Below, in pieces: positions 19,414 to 28,138 of a stretch of DNA of 64,000 bases; position 1 is the first letter of the stretch; the number at the start of each line of letters is the position of its first letter. This DNA comes from Thermoplasmata archaeon (GTDB lineage Archaea; Thermoplasmatota; Thermoplasmata; Lutacidiplasmatales; UBA184): contig JAKAWP010000004.1 of assembly GCA_021816955.1 (NCBI GenBank), positions 117 to 64,116 of the forward strand. Reading direction: 5' to 3'. Below the pieces are notes generated by a model, which was given only the letters and a program-made list of their open reading frames with translations, was not told the DNA's origin and did no database searches. A program made the translations under genes and the position numbers.

Positions 19414-19488
19414 GGGACTGTGGGGTAGCTTGGTCCATCCTTCGGGGTTCGGGACTCCGAGACGCCAGTTCGAATCTGGCCAGTCCCA
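19414..19488 (+). tRNA. tRNA-Pro (anticodon CGG)
   Basis: Hand-folded 75 nt. The acceptor GGGACUG/CAGUCCC is perfectly paired. The anticodon stem is CGGGG/CUCCG with loop UUCGGGA. The T arm is GCCAG-UUCGAAU-CUGGC, and the discriminator is A. No CCA is encoded. Confidence 0.9.
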
Positions 19489-19965
19489 TTGCACTCCGGC
19501 GCTCAATTGCGGAGTTCGATAGGTGGGACCAGCCCCTCCAAAGGCCCGGGCCCTATGGATTGGCTCGTTTCCGTTCGGGACTGTCGTTCACCGGTCTCGT
19601 CAGTACCCGACCAAAGCACGATTCACCCCACCGACCACGCACGTTCCAAGGGACCCTGGCCGACAAAACGTCGCCGTCCGCTTCGTGACTGCGTGCCAAG
19701 GCCGCCCGAGCTGTCGTGCCTCGGCGCTTCCCATCGACGAACACCGACGGGGTTCTGCCAGTACCGTTGCTCAGTGTCCGGTGGGCGGCGAGTTTCGTTC
19801 CCGTTCTGACAAGGCCGACGAGGGATGTCGTCCAAGCGAGGGCGGGCGGCGAACGGGAGGTCCGTCGAGCCCCACCTCGTGGTTCGGATCTCAGTGGTTC
19901 GGGTATCTGTCGCTGACATCCGTCCTTGTCTTCGCACCGCCCCCTCGGCCGTGGCAAGCCACACC

Positions 19966-20015
19966 GGGTCCTTCGGGGAGACGGACGGTCGCAGTTCGAA
20001 GGTCTCGGGTCCATC
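19966..20015 (+). pseudogene. degenerate tRNA-Pro-derived fragment (possible att/integration scar)
   Basis: GTCCTTCGGGG-AGACG-...-CAGTTCGAA-GGTCTCGGGTCCA repeats, in the same order and orientation, the anticodon-stem 5' strand, variable region, T-loop and 3' acceptor of the intact tRNA-Pro 530 nt upstream. The anticodon loop is missing. Confidence 0.3.
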
Positions 20016-20454
20016 AGGAAGCGCGGCGGAGTCGAGGTTGCGTATCGTCCGGAAGTTGGACGGACGAATGCCGGCAACCCTCAAAACTCGAGGAGACCGG
20101 GCGTGGGGTGGCCAGCGCGACCTGCGTCGTTGCGGACCGGGGCTCGGAGAATCGGGGGCACGAATCGATCGACTCCGTCGGATACTCGGCGGCTTGCGCC
20201 GTGTCCTTCGTTTCGCTCTTGCGCAACGGGCGAGACACCGAGGAGCGATCCGGCGCACTGAACGACCGCGTGATCTCGGGTGCGGGCATTGACGCCGGAA
20301 CGAACGCCGAACTCGTGTCGCCGTAGACGATCTCGGCGCCGTGTCGGTCGGCTTCCGCGTCGAGAACGGCCCGCCGTGCGTGCGCCCCGCGGGCTATCGT
20401 CGCCCCGAGAATTGGCGAGAAGAGTTCGTCTGGCGCCTCGACCGGGGCGCCGAC

Positions 20455-20796
20455 CTATTCGAACGTCTCCGCGGATTCGAGGCGGTCGGTCCCCAACTCG
20501 CCGTCGTCCCGTTTGACGTTGGATTCCACGAACCCGCGGTAGCGGGCCGTGTGGACAGGAATCTTCAACTCCAGCCTACTCGCCTTTCGGCCCTGGCGTT
20601 TCTCCCCCTTCTCCACGAGGCCGGCCTCGGTCAACCTTTGAACGAGGCGTTCCACAGAGCCCACTTCCGTTCCGAGAATCCAGATCGGATCGAGCGTCCA
20701 CCGGCCCGCCGGGAGGGGGGAGACCGCGCCGACACTCCTTGGAACCCTGCCGCCCGGAAGCGTCCCGGCGATTGCGTCGGGCCGACGGTGGGGCAT
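20455..20796 (-). CDS. possible winged-helix DNA-binding protein (113 aa)
   Basis: This is the ATG-initiated tail of the 539-aa track ORF. The segment ILGTEVGSVERLVQRLTEAGLVEKGEKRQGRKASRLEL looks like a wHTH recognition helix plus wing. Its codon usage is visibly less G/C3-biased than that of flanking genes. The start is uncertain (an alternative GTG lies at 20958). Confidence 0.4.
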   Translation of the reverse strand: MPHRRPDAIAGTLPGGRVPRSVGAVSPLPAGRWTLDPIWILGTEVGSVERLVQRLTEAGLVEKGEKRQGRKASRLELKIPVHTARYRGFVESNVKRDDGELGTDRLESAETFE

Positions 20797-21059
20797 CGTC
20801 ACGCCCCCTCCCGTAGTGACGGGGCAGCACCTCCGAGTCGGAGCATCGCCCTTGGTCGAGTCCGGCGACCGCACGGGCAAGAGATCTCCCCGGAACCTCG
20901 GTTCGATCTCATCGCGGTCGAAGGGGGCCCGGCACGTCTCCTCCGCAGACGTATCCACCTCCGTGCTGAACCGCAACCGCCGCCTCCGACGGACGCCCCT
21001 TTCGTTCACGGGGGGAGCGGGGCCGCTCCCCGGCGCTCCGGTGCCTTCGCAGCCCTGGC

Positions 21060-22130
21060 TTACGCCCTCTCGCGTTCGCTCAGGTCGACCTGACCGTCCG
21101 TCTTGGCGACCGTCTCGGGCTCGACCGCGCGGTTGATCGTGATCTCGTTCACGATCCCCAGCATCTGCGCCGCCTGGATGAGGTTCGATACGATTCGCTG
21201 TACCGCAACGGCAGTTGTCGAGTCGCGAACTCTCCGGGCGAGGGAGGTGCCCAGGGCGTGGTAGTTCGGGAGATGCTCTCGAATCGAGTTGAGAGCGGCG
21301 TTGGCCCGGGTGACGGAGAGATGGGTGAACGCGTCCATCGTGGCGACGAGGTGGGCGTCCAGCTCCTGGAAGCATTCGGATAGGTCGTGGGGAAAATCTC
21401 GGGATACCTTCGGAAGGTCGGTGTGGATTCCCTCCAGCTCCCGGCCGATGTGGGTGAGGAGGTCGCCGATCTCCTCCAGCATCTTGACGACGACCCGGTA
21501 CCCCATCTGGTAGTGATGGCTCGCCACGCCGATCTCCCGCGCCACCCGGAAGTCGTTGGATGCGATCAGGAGTTGTCGGATCATCAGAAGATGCAGCCGG
21601 TCGATCTCCTCCTCCATGCCCGGAAGCTCCGCGAGCCCCTTCGATTCGTGCCCCGAGAGCGCCTGGAGGCAGGCCTGGAGTTGGGCCCGGAGCATTCGCA
21701 CGACCTGATCCAAGATCCGAGACAGGGGGTACTTCGCAGGATCCACGAAGTTCTGGATCTCGATCCCCTCGGAAGATTCGGCGACCACGCTCATGCCGAG
21801 GATCCGACCGACGGTCTGCCCGACTTCTTGGCGTTGGGACGCCGAGAGGCCTCCCGGCGCCGTGATCTGCACGAGATCGTGGCCGGTGACGTAGGCACCG
21901 ACCAGGACTCTCGACAGCAGGTTGGGCGGAAGACGGGTCGCCTCGATCCGGAGCCGCCGCTCTCCGGCGGGTCGTCGGGATTCCGAGGGCACGAGGGAGA
22001 GCTCGAGGCGTCCTTCGCCCAAGTCGTGGAACTGGATGGCAGTCCCGACACGCACTCTCATCGCGGCGGTCCACGCCTTCGGTAGCGTCACGGCAAGGGA
22101 GGAGCCGCCCGTACGCTGTACGCGGCGCAT
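21060..22130 (-). CDS. AbrB/SpoVT-domain plus PhoU-domain regulator (archaeal phosphate-uptake-regulator type)
   Basis: Trimmed to MRRVQRTGGSSLAVTLPKAW (an AbrB-like swapped hairpin). This is followed by helical PhoU-like repeats (...EIDRLHLLMIRQL..., ...AFTHLSVTRANAAL...). Confidence 0.8.
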   Translation of the reverse strand: MRRVQRTGGSSLAVTLPKAWTAAMRVRVGTAIQFHDLGEGRLELSLVPSESRRPAGERRLRIEATRLPPNLLSRVLVGAYVTGHDLVQITAPGGLSASQRQEVGQTVGRILGMSVVAESSEGIEIQNFVDPAKYPLSRILDQVVRMLRAQLQACLQALSGHESKGLAELPGMEEEIDRLHLLMIRQLLIASNDFRVAREIGVASHHYQMGYRVVVKMLEEIGDLLTHIGRELEGIHTDLPKVSRDFPHDLSECFQELDAHLVATMDAFTHLSVTRANAALNSIREHLPNYHALGTSLARRVRDSTTAVAVQRIVSNLIQAAQMLGIVNEITINRAVEPETVAKTDGQVDLSERERA

Positions 22131-22312
22131 CGAGCCGGGACGGTTGTCCCGACCTTCGGTTTCACTGCCGACTCCGGGCACGCTGGACCATCCACCTCCC
22201 GGTCTTAACGGTTGACGAGACGCCTCTATGCAGCCCCGGGTCTCTCGCCGGTCTCCTGATTCTCCGTGCGGTAGGGAGAACACCCACATGAGGGGACGGG
22301 TCGATATTGCCA

Positions 22313-22329
22313 TTGACCCAAAGGGTCAA
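22313..22329. promoter_or_regulatory. perfect 7-3-7 inverted repeat TTGACCC-AAA-GGGTCAA (candidate operator)
   Basis: Read directly from the sequence. It sits between an A/T patch (TCGATATTGCC, 22301-22311) and the GGAGG/ATG of the DoxX-like gene. Confidence 0.4.
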
Positions 22330-22339
22330 CGGAGGCAAC

Positions 22340-22921
22340 ATGACGACATCGCACGCGGGGATACAACTGGCAGAAGAGATTCGGGCGACCGCCAAGGTGT
22401 TCCAGGTACCGTCGGCAGCCGAGACCAACGCAAGGGGGACCGTGAAGACGCTCTCTGCGATGCGGGTCCTGTTCGGAGCGATCTTTCTGTTCGACGGGAT
22501 TCTCAAGTGGCAGCTGTTCGCGACCGGACAGATGCAGGGTGTCATCGACGGACAGGTGTACACCCCGGCCTGGCTGACGTCAAATTGGGTGCTCTTTGGA
22601 ACGTTGGTCGGCCTCGGAGAGACGGCCGGTGGCCTGTTCCTCATCCTTGGCATCTTTCAGCGGCCGGCCGCCCTGTGGAGTGCGCTCTTGATGGGGTTCA
22701 TCTGGGCCTTCGGCGGCTTCGGTGGTTTCCCCAGTGCCATCGGAGCGTCCTGGAACACCGCCGGATACACCGATCTGGGAGGGGACCTCATGCTGAGCCT
22801 CGTGTTCGTGGTCCTCGTCTTTGCTCCCTATGCCTACGGGCTGGCAAAGGCATGGAAGCTCCGCGAACGGTTCAGCGGCGCCGGCATGCGGGACCGGGTC
22901 CTCCGGGCGCTCCTCACCTAA
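22340..22921 (+). CDS. DoxX-family membrane protein
   Basis: Trimmed to the ATG preceded by GGAGG. It has four hydrophobic helices and the DoxX-like AMRVLFGAIFLFDGILKW segment. Confidence 0.6.
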   Translation: MTTSHAGIQLAEEIRATAKVFQVPSAAETNARGTVKTLSAMRVLFGAIFLFDGILKWQLFATGQMQGVIDGQVYTPAWLTSNWVLFGTLVGLGETAGGLFLILGIFQRPAALWSALLMGFIWAFGGFGGFPSAIGASWNTAGYTDLGGDLMLSLVFVVLVFAPYAYGLAKAWKLRERFSGAGMRDRVLRALLT

Positions 22922-24246
22922 ACCCCTTCGGAGCGGGAGTCCTTCACGACGGCGGGTTCCGGCTGCCCTTGGCCACCGGCCGTGATGGACTCCTTGTTCG
23001 TCTCGTGGTAAACGAACCGGCCTTACGGCGCGCCTCCGTGACTCGGGCCTTCACCCGATCGCGGGCTTGGCGGACATGCCTTCGGTCTTGCCGGACAGCA
23101 TCGGGAACGCGGGGCTGGGGTCCAGGGCGGAGAGAGCGTCGATGGACCTGGCCGTCTATCCCTAGTTCTCACCGGGCACCTCCGAGTGCTCACGAGAGCT
23201 GGCCCAGTACTGGGCGGGGTTCTCGCTTCCGTCCTCGACACGCGGCCCCGAGGGCCGCTTCAATGAGATCACCGTCCGGGCCCATATGCCTGCCGTGCGA
23301 GGAAGTCGGCCTGCCAACTCCGAGAGACCCTCGGGATCCCCTTGGCGGTGCTTTGGACAACCCGGTCGACTACACCCTCGGTGGCCTTGTCCATCTCGAC
23401 CGGGAGGACTAGGCTCTTTGCGGGCATTGCGAGCCTATGCCGGGACGGATATTTTTCTCCCGGTCTCATTCTCATCCGGCAAATCGGACCGGCCTCTGCG
23501 CTGCCGAACCCTCCATCTTCATCGAACGGAAACGCCGACTCCTATCGACGGGGCGGTCGAAGGCGCGACGGACCGGGCTGCCGCGGTCCTCCGATTGCCG
23601 GGGAGAAGCGGTCGCGGTAGAGCGCGGGCCGATCGATATCGGACGCCCTTCGGCGGCTGAAACGAGCCTTGGTCGAACCCCTTCCCGTTCGACCCACTGT
23701 GGATCGCGACCTCCCCTCGGGCGGGGCGAGCCGCCGGGGGGCGAGTAGGATGTTCAAAGGACGAGGCGCGCCGAGAGACTGGTACGACTGGTGTGCCTCC
23801 GCAATCTGGAGCCTGATCGCACTCCTGCGGTGGGCGAGAAGACGCCGGCAATCTCTCCCCCCCTCGCTCCGCGAGGTTGTCCGAAATGCCGATCCGATAC
23901 CGCGCGGCGCGTTGGAAACCGCCGGTCGGCCCGAACCTTCGGCCGTCCGTTCCCGGCATCGCCGCTGCCACAGCCGCGCCTCTCTCGTCACTAGGCCCGT
24001 CGGTCGCGCACCCGGCCGCTATCGGAGGAAGCGCGGCCAGGGTGCCTAACTGTTCCCTCGGAAACCCCGCAAGTCGCCATGGGCTGCCCAGCGGCTCCTC
24101 TCGTTCAGGATCAGCGATCTCGCGTCGGAGTCCGTGAGACGCCGTGCCCTTCCCCGTCCCCGAACGAACCCCATCGCCTCGATCGCTCCTCCCTCCGCCC
24201 CGAAGGCGTGGGTTGAGGCGGCCGCGCGTGCCCGGGGTGTCGGCAA

Positions 24247-27200
24247 TCAGCCGATCGGTGCGCCGCACCGAGTACAGAACCGAAGTCCGGGCCGGACCAC
24301 GTTGCCGCACTGCGGACACGCCCGTCCGCCCTCAGGTCCGATCGCTCCCGGGACGGTCGGCGGCGGGGATGGGCGAGGGTCCGTCGGGGACGGGGCCGCG
24401 AATCTCTCGCTCGGAGAGCTCCGCGGCGGAGTGGGTGGTGCGGCGGGAGCCGCCGGGCCTGGCGCCTCGGCAAGGAATCGGCCACCCAGCGGCGCGCCGC
24501 ATTCGCGGCAGAAGCGATCATTCGGGAGGTTCGAGCGGCCGCAATGCGCGCACGTCGCGATCCCTTGCGGACGGGGGGAGACCGGGAGAGACGGGGCGAC
24601 TGGAACCGGCGATGTCCCACCGGGCCCCGCCGGGGTTGGAGAAGGAGGGGGTGCCGGCGTTGGAGCCGACCATTGAGCGCGAATGGTGGACGGCGGCGAA
24701 GGGGGACCCGGCGGGGAAGGGGGCGTCGAGAGCGAGGCGGCGGGCGGAGGTGGGGGGTACCGAGGCGGAGGCGGTGGGACGTGCGTCGGCGGTACCGGCG
24801 CAGTGGTAGGGGGAGGGGGCCAGTGGTACCCGTACCCGGTCGCCGCCAGAGGTGGGCCCTCCGGCGGCTTCGGGTACTGGGCGGGTGCCGTCGGTGGAGG
24901 GGGATACAGGGGGGCGCCGGGCCAAGCGTAGCCTCCCGTGCCCGGGGCCGAGCCGGGCGGGGGAGGATAGGCCGTGGGAGGAGGACCAGTCTGGATCGCG
25001 CGCCGTCGGCGGGCGCGACGTCGGGCGGATCCGACCGACGCGGCAACGATGATCAGAATGACGATCACCAGCACCAGCCAAAAGCCGAGCGGGCCAAGGC
25101 CGAGGAACGAGAAGAACGATTCCAGGGTCGATAGGAAATTCCCTCCTCCGCCCGGGGCGACCGTGAAATTCAGGAAGACGGTCAGGTTCTTGGCCACCGA
25201 TAGCGGTCCGTTTGCCGGGGTGCTTGCGTAGCCGGACGGTGCGGAAACGGTGTACGTGTAATTGCCGCTCGGTAGGAGGAAGCTGAGCGTCGAAGCCGAG
25301 GTACTGTTCGTGCGGTACGGTGAAGATCCCACCTGGATCGTGACGGACCACGACGCGTTCCGCGTGCCGTTCGCGTGGAAGACCACAGAGTACTGAGGTC
25401 CTCCACCGTCCAGCGTGGAGAGGTTGGTCGCATAGATCGAGCCCCAGCCGGTGACCAGGTCGTACCCTGCCAAGGCCGGATAGCGGTAGTTGCTACCGGC
25501 CGTCACATCGTAGAACGCATTGAGCGACAGTCGGCCGGCCGTCTGGTTGGTGCCGAGACTATAAAGCGCGGGATTCAGGTAGCCGAGAGGTTCCAAGTGG
25601 CGCACGGCGTGCACTGCATCGATGGTGGCGATCAGTCCCGCCGTCAGCGGGCTCGCGATCGAGGTGCCCCAAACGCCAACGGTCGGGTTGAACTGGCCGT
25701 TGCTCGAGATCGCGATGATCGTGTTGTTCGCGATGGCCGATAGGTCCGGGACGGCCCGTTGGGCTCCCTGGCCGGCCCCTAAGATCACCGAATTCGCGGA
25801 GCTCGCCACCTGCCAGTTCGGCTCCGCGAAATTGGGAGAGATCCCGCCGACGCAACCCGCCGGCCCTCCATCCGCGGCATCGGAAATGTACCACGCGATC
25901 TGCTGCTGGATCGCAAGGCTACTCGAGAGGGTCACCGTTGTCCCTCCGACCGCCGAAACCCCGTACGTGTTGTACGCCATCGTCGACGGGAACTCCACGC
26001 CGTCCGGGGTGCCGCTGGTCCACTTGGAGCTCGCCGGGTTGTCGCCCGAGTCGCCGGTCGACGCGAGCACGGTGATCCCTCGCGCCGCGCACTCTTGAAG
26101 CGGGGAGGTCCATCCGCTCTGGAGGCCGTCAGAACCCCCCCAGGAGTTCGTGATCACTTGGACGGACGGCAGGTTCACGGCCGTCACGAACGCGCTCAAC
26201 AAATTGGCGAATGTGGGGCTTGGACCGTAGACGTTGTAGATCGTCGCCCCGGGCGCGGTGCTACCGACCATCTCGAGGTCGAGCGTGTTTTCGAGCGTCG
26301 CATCGGTGGTGTCGTACTGGGCGCTCGGGCCCGGCGGGGGAGCTCCTCCGACCGGATCCCCGATCACCGTGGCATGGGGCTGTCCGGCCGGTAGCGTGGC
26401 GTTGAAGTACGCCTGGATGTCGGCCGGGTCAAACGGGCCGACCGGAGTTCCGCTCGCATTCGTCCCGGACCAAAGGACCGTGGCGACGACCTCGGTCGTC
26501 GGATAAGCGACGCTGAACAGCGGAACCTCATCGTACGCCGGCTGGAGGTCGCTCCCGTAGATGTACTGGGCGCCGTTCGCGCCGGTGATCGGCGAGGGGT
26601 ACCCCTGCGCCGATTCGATCGAATGGGAAGCGGTCGAAGCGACCGGGGTGACCGACCGAAGAGCTTCCCCGAGCGGAGCAAAGTGGGCCGTTGCATAGTC
26701 GTCGAGGCCGTAGACCCCCGAAACCATGCCCGCGAGCACAGCGGGCAAGGAGGGGGGGTGAACCGGAGCGTAGAACGCGCCCTGTCCCGGGGAGACGAAA
26801 CTCCCCCATCGGGTCGAAAAGAGCGCGCCCAAGGCCGTCGCGCTTCCCGAGACGCCGATGTTCGATCGGTCCGAGAACGCATGGACCGTAACCCCGGGGA
26901 ACGAGCCGAGGTAGGCGAGCGCGGCCTCGTAGGCGGAGGAAGGCACCCCGAACTCCTGCGCGAACTCGGCCGCGGTGAGGTAATGATGATAGTCGGGGGC
27001 CGACGGATCGTTGAGCGAGGCCAAGAGGGCCGCAAGCTCGGCCTCGTGCGAGAACTTCAGCTCGATCGTCGCCTCGATGGTTCCTGTGTAGCTCCCGACC
27101 AAGGGAGCTCCGCTCGGCCAGTCGACCGGGCTCGCGACCGAGACTCGAGGCGAGGCGGCGATGTCGGCGAGCGTCAGATCGGACCCCGGCGCTCCCGGAG

Positions 27201-27348
27201 CCCCGGCGCCTTCGGCGGCAGTCATCGGAATGACCAAAGCGAACGAGACGAGCGCGCCGAAGACAACCCCGGCGGCGAGAAGCCCTCGAAGCCACGTCGT
27301 CCGACCGGCCGACGGAGGCCCCGGGGTCTTGCCGCCCTTACGTTCCAT
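24247..27348 (-). CDS. membrane-anchored S53 (sedolisin/kumamolisin-type) serine peptidase with a cytoplasmic Pro-rich tail and two zinc ribbons
   Basis: Trimmed to MERKGGKTPG...LLAAGVVFGALVSFALVIP (signal anchor). It has a pro-kumamolisin activation-domain segment (DYHHYLTAAEFAQEFGVP) and the S53 motifs ENTLDLE, SWGG and WGTSIASPLTAG. These are followed by a second TM helix, a basic stop-transfer RRRARRRR, and the zinc ribbons CAHCG..CRECG and CPQCG..CTRCG. Confidence 0.85.
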   Translation of the reverse strand: MERKGGKTPGPPSAGRTTWLRGLLAAGVVFGALVSFALVIPMTAAEGAGAPGAPGSDLTLADIAASPRVSVASPVDWPSGAPLVGSYTGTIEATIELKFSHEAELAALLASLNDPSAPDYHHYLTAAEFAQEFGVPSSAYEAALAYLGSFPGVTVHAFSDRSNIGVSGSATALGALFSTRWGSFVSPGQGAFYAPVHPPSLPAVLAGMVSGVYGLDDYATAHFAPLGEALRSVTPVASTASHSIESAQGYPSPITGANGAQYIYGSDLQPAYDEVPLFSVAYPTTEVVATVLWSGTNASGTPVGPFDPADIQAYFNATLPAGQPHATVIGDPVGGAPPPGPSAQYDTTDATLENTLDLEMVGSTAPGATIYNVYGPSPTFANLLSAFVTAVNLPSVQVITNSWGGSDGLQSGWTSPLQECAARGITVLASTGDSGDNPASSKWTSGTPDGVEFPSTMAYNTYGVSAVGGTTVTLSSSLAIQQQIAWYISDAADGGPAGCVGGISPNFAEPNWQVASSANSVILGAGQGAQRAVPDLSAIANNTIIAISSNGQFNPTVGVWGTSIASPLTAGLIATIDAVHAVRHLEPLGYLNPALYSLGTNQTAGRLSLNAFYDVTAGSNYRYPALAGYDLVTGWGSIYATNLSTLDGGGPQYSVVFHANGTRNASWSVTIQVGSSPYRTNSTSASTLSFLLPSGNYTYTVSAPSGYASTPANGPLSVAKNLTVFLNFTVAPGGGGNFLSTLESFFSFLGLGPLGFWLVLVIVILIIVAASVGSARRRARRRRAIQTGPPPTAYPPPPGSAPGTGGYAWPGAPLYPPPPTAPAQYPKPPEGPPLAATGYGYHWPPPPTTAPVPPTHVPPPPPRYPPPPPAASLSTPPSPPGPPSPPSTIRAQWSAPTPAPPPSPTPAGPGGTSPVPVAPSLPVSPRPQGIATCAHCGRSNLPNDRFCRECGAPLGGRFLAEAPGPAAPAAPPTPPRSSPSERFAAPSPTDPRPSPPPTVPGAIGPEGGRACPQCGNVVRPGLRFCTRCGAPIG

Positions 27349-27378
27349 CGTGCGTGCGGCTATGTATCCCCGAGCAGG

Positions 27379-27387
27379 GGATAAAGC
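27379..27387 (-). promoter_or_regulatory. TATA-like box (GCTTTATCC) upstream of the S53 peptidase gene
   Basis: An A/T patch about 35 nt upstream of the ATG at 27348, inside the 61-nt spacer after the MBL gene. Confidence 0.35.
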
Positions 27388-27409
27388 TACGCGCCGTCGA
27401 ATCCGCGAC

Positions 27410-28078
27410 TCAGAGTCGAGTGACGAGGGTGCGGAGTTTGGCGCCCGCGCCTTTGAGGAACGGGCCGCCGTGGTAGGTGAAGAGCGATTCGATGGAGAGC
27501 TGGGCCACCCGGCGGGCGGAGATCTGGGCGGTCGGAGAATGCAAGGTGAACTCCTTCGGCGTGAGCGACACCTCCGAGGCGTCCCCGAAGAACAGATCGC
27601 CCGAGAACAGCCACCGCTTTTCGGGCTGATAGAAGACGAGATGGCCGGGGGTGTGGCCGGGAGTGTGGTACGCCACGAGCCCTCCCGCCGCATCGACCGA
27701 ATCGCCATCCTTGAGAACCTCGTCGATCGTAACCGGCTCGGCCGGCGGCACTCCCGGGCCGTCGTACGGCGGCTTCTGGGCGATGAACGCAGATTCGATC
27801 CAGTGCGCGAACGTTCGCGCTCCCGTCAGTTCGATGAGCCGTCGCAGGCTGCCCGTGTGGTCGCGGTGGAGATGGGTGATCAAGATTTTCTTCACCTGCC
27901 GCGGCTCGGCGCCGATCCGTCCGAGGTAGCTCATGATCGCCGAATCCGATCCGGGAAGGCCCGTGTCCAAGAGCGTCCAGTTCCCTCCGCGGTCCTTGAG
28001 CAGATAGACGTGGGTCGAGAAGTCCGGCGATGGGTCGACGCCCTCCACGAGGTGCACTCCGGGTGCGATTTCGGGCAT
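27410..28078 (-). CDS. MBL-fold metallo-hydrolase
   Basis: 222 aa with the HLHRDHTGS (HxHxDH) and HTPGHTPGH motifs. Confidence 0.85.
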   Translation of the reverse strand: MPEIAPGVHLVEGVDPSPDFSTHVYLLKDRGGNWTLLDTGLPGSDSAIMSYLGRIGAEPRQVKKILITHLHRDHTGSLRRLIELTGARTFAHWIESAFIAQKPPYDGPGVPPAEPVTIDEVLKDGDSVDAAGGLVAYHTPGHTPGHLVFYQPEKRWLFSGDLFFGDASEVSLTPKEFTLHSPTAQISARRVAQLSIESLFTYHGGPFLKGAGAKLRTLVTRL

Positions 28079-28138
28079 GGGATTCCTCGGCGCCCCCCAA
28101 GCCGGTGTCCCATAAATCGGTGCGTGAGCGCGGCCAAA

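Noticed and set aside
19285-19506. N-terminal 74-codon extension of the Nre ORF
   Set aside because: It runs antisense through the tRNA-Pro gene and its flank. A TATA-like box 26 nt upstream of the GTG at 19284 gives a better start, and Nre proteins begin close to the Cys cluster.
20455-20457. In-frame TAG as a pyrrolysine or programmed read-through codon
   Set aside because: No methylamine methyltransferase or pyl genes are in the window, and TAG is used as an ordinary stop by several confident genes here (for example usp, kdpF, MarR and uvrB). The downstream frame is not convincingly protein-like.
20455-22074. 539-aa minus-strand ORF spanning the PhoU-like gene region
   Set aside because: The composition is Arg/Pro/Gly junk for about 425 codons, and it overlaps the well-supported AbrB-PhoU gene in another frame. 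Only the last 113 codons (the wHTH part) look protein-like.
27349-27708. N-terminal 120-codon extension of the first S53 peptidase ORF
   Set aside because: It overlaps the 3' end of the MBL-hydrolase gene and is Ser/Arg/Pro-rich. The internal ATG is followed by a proper signal anchor and preceded by an A/T box.
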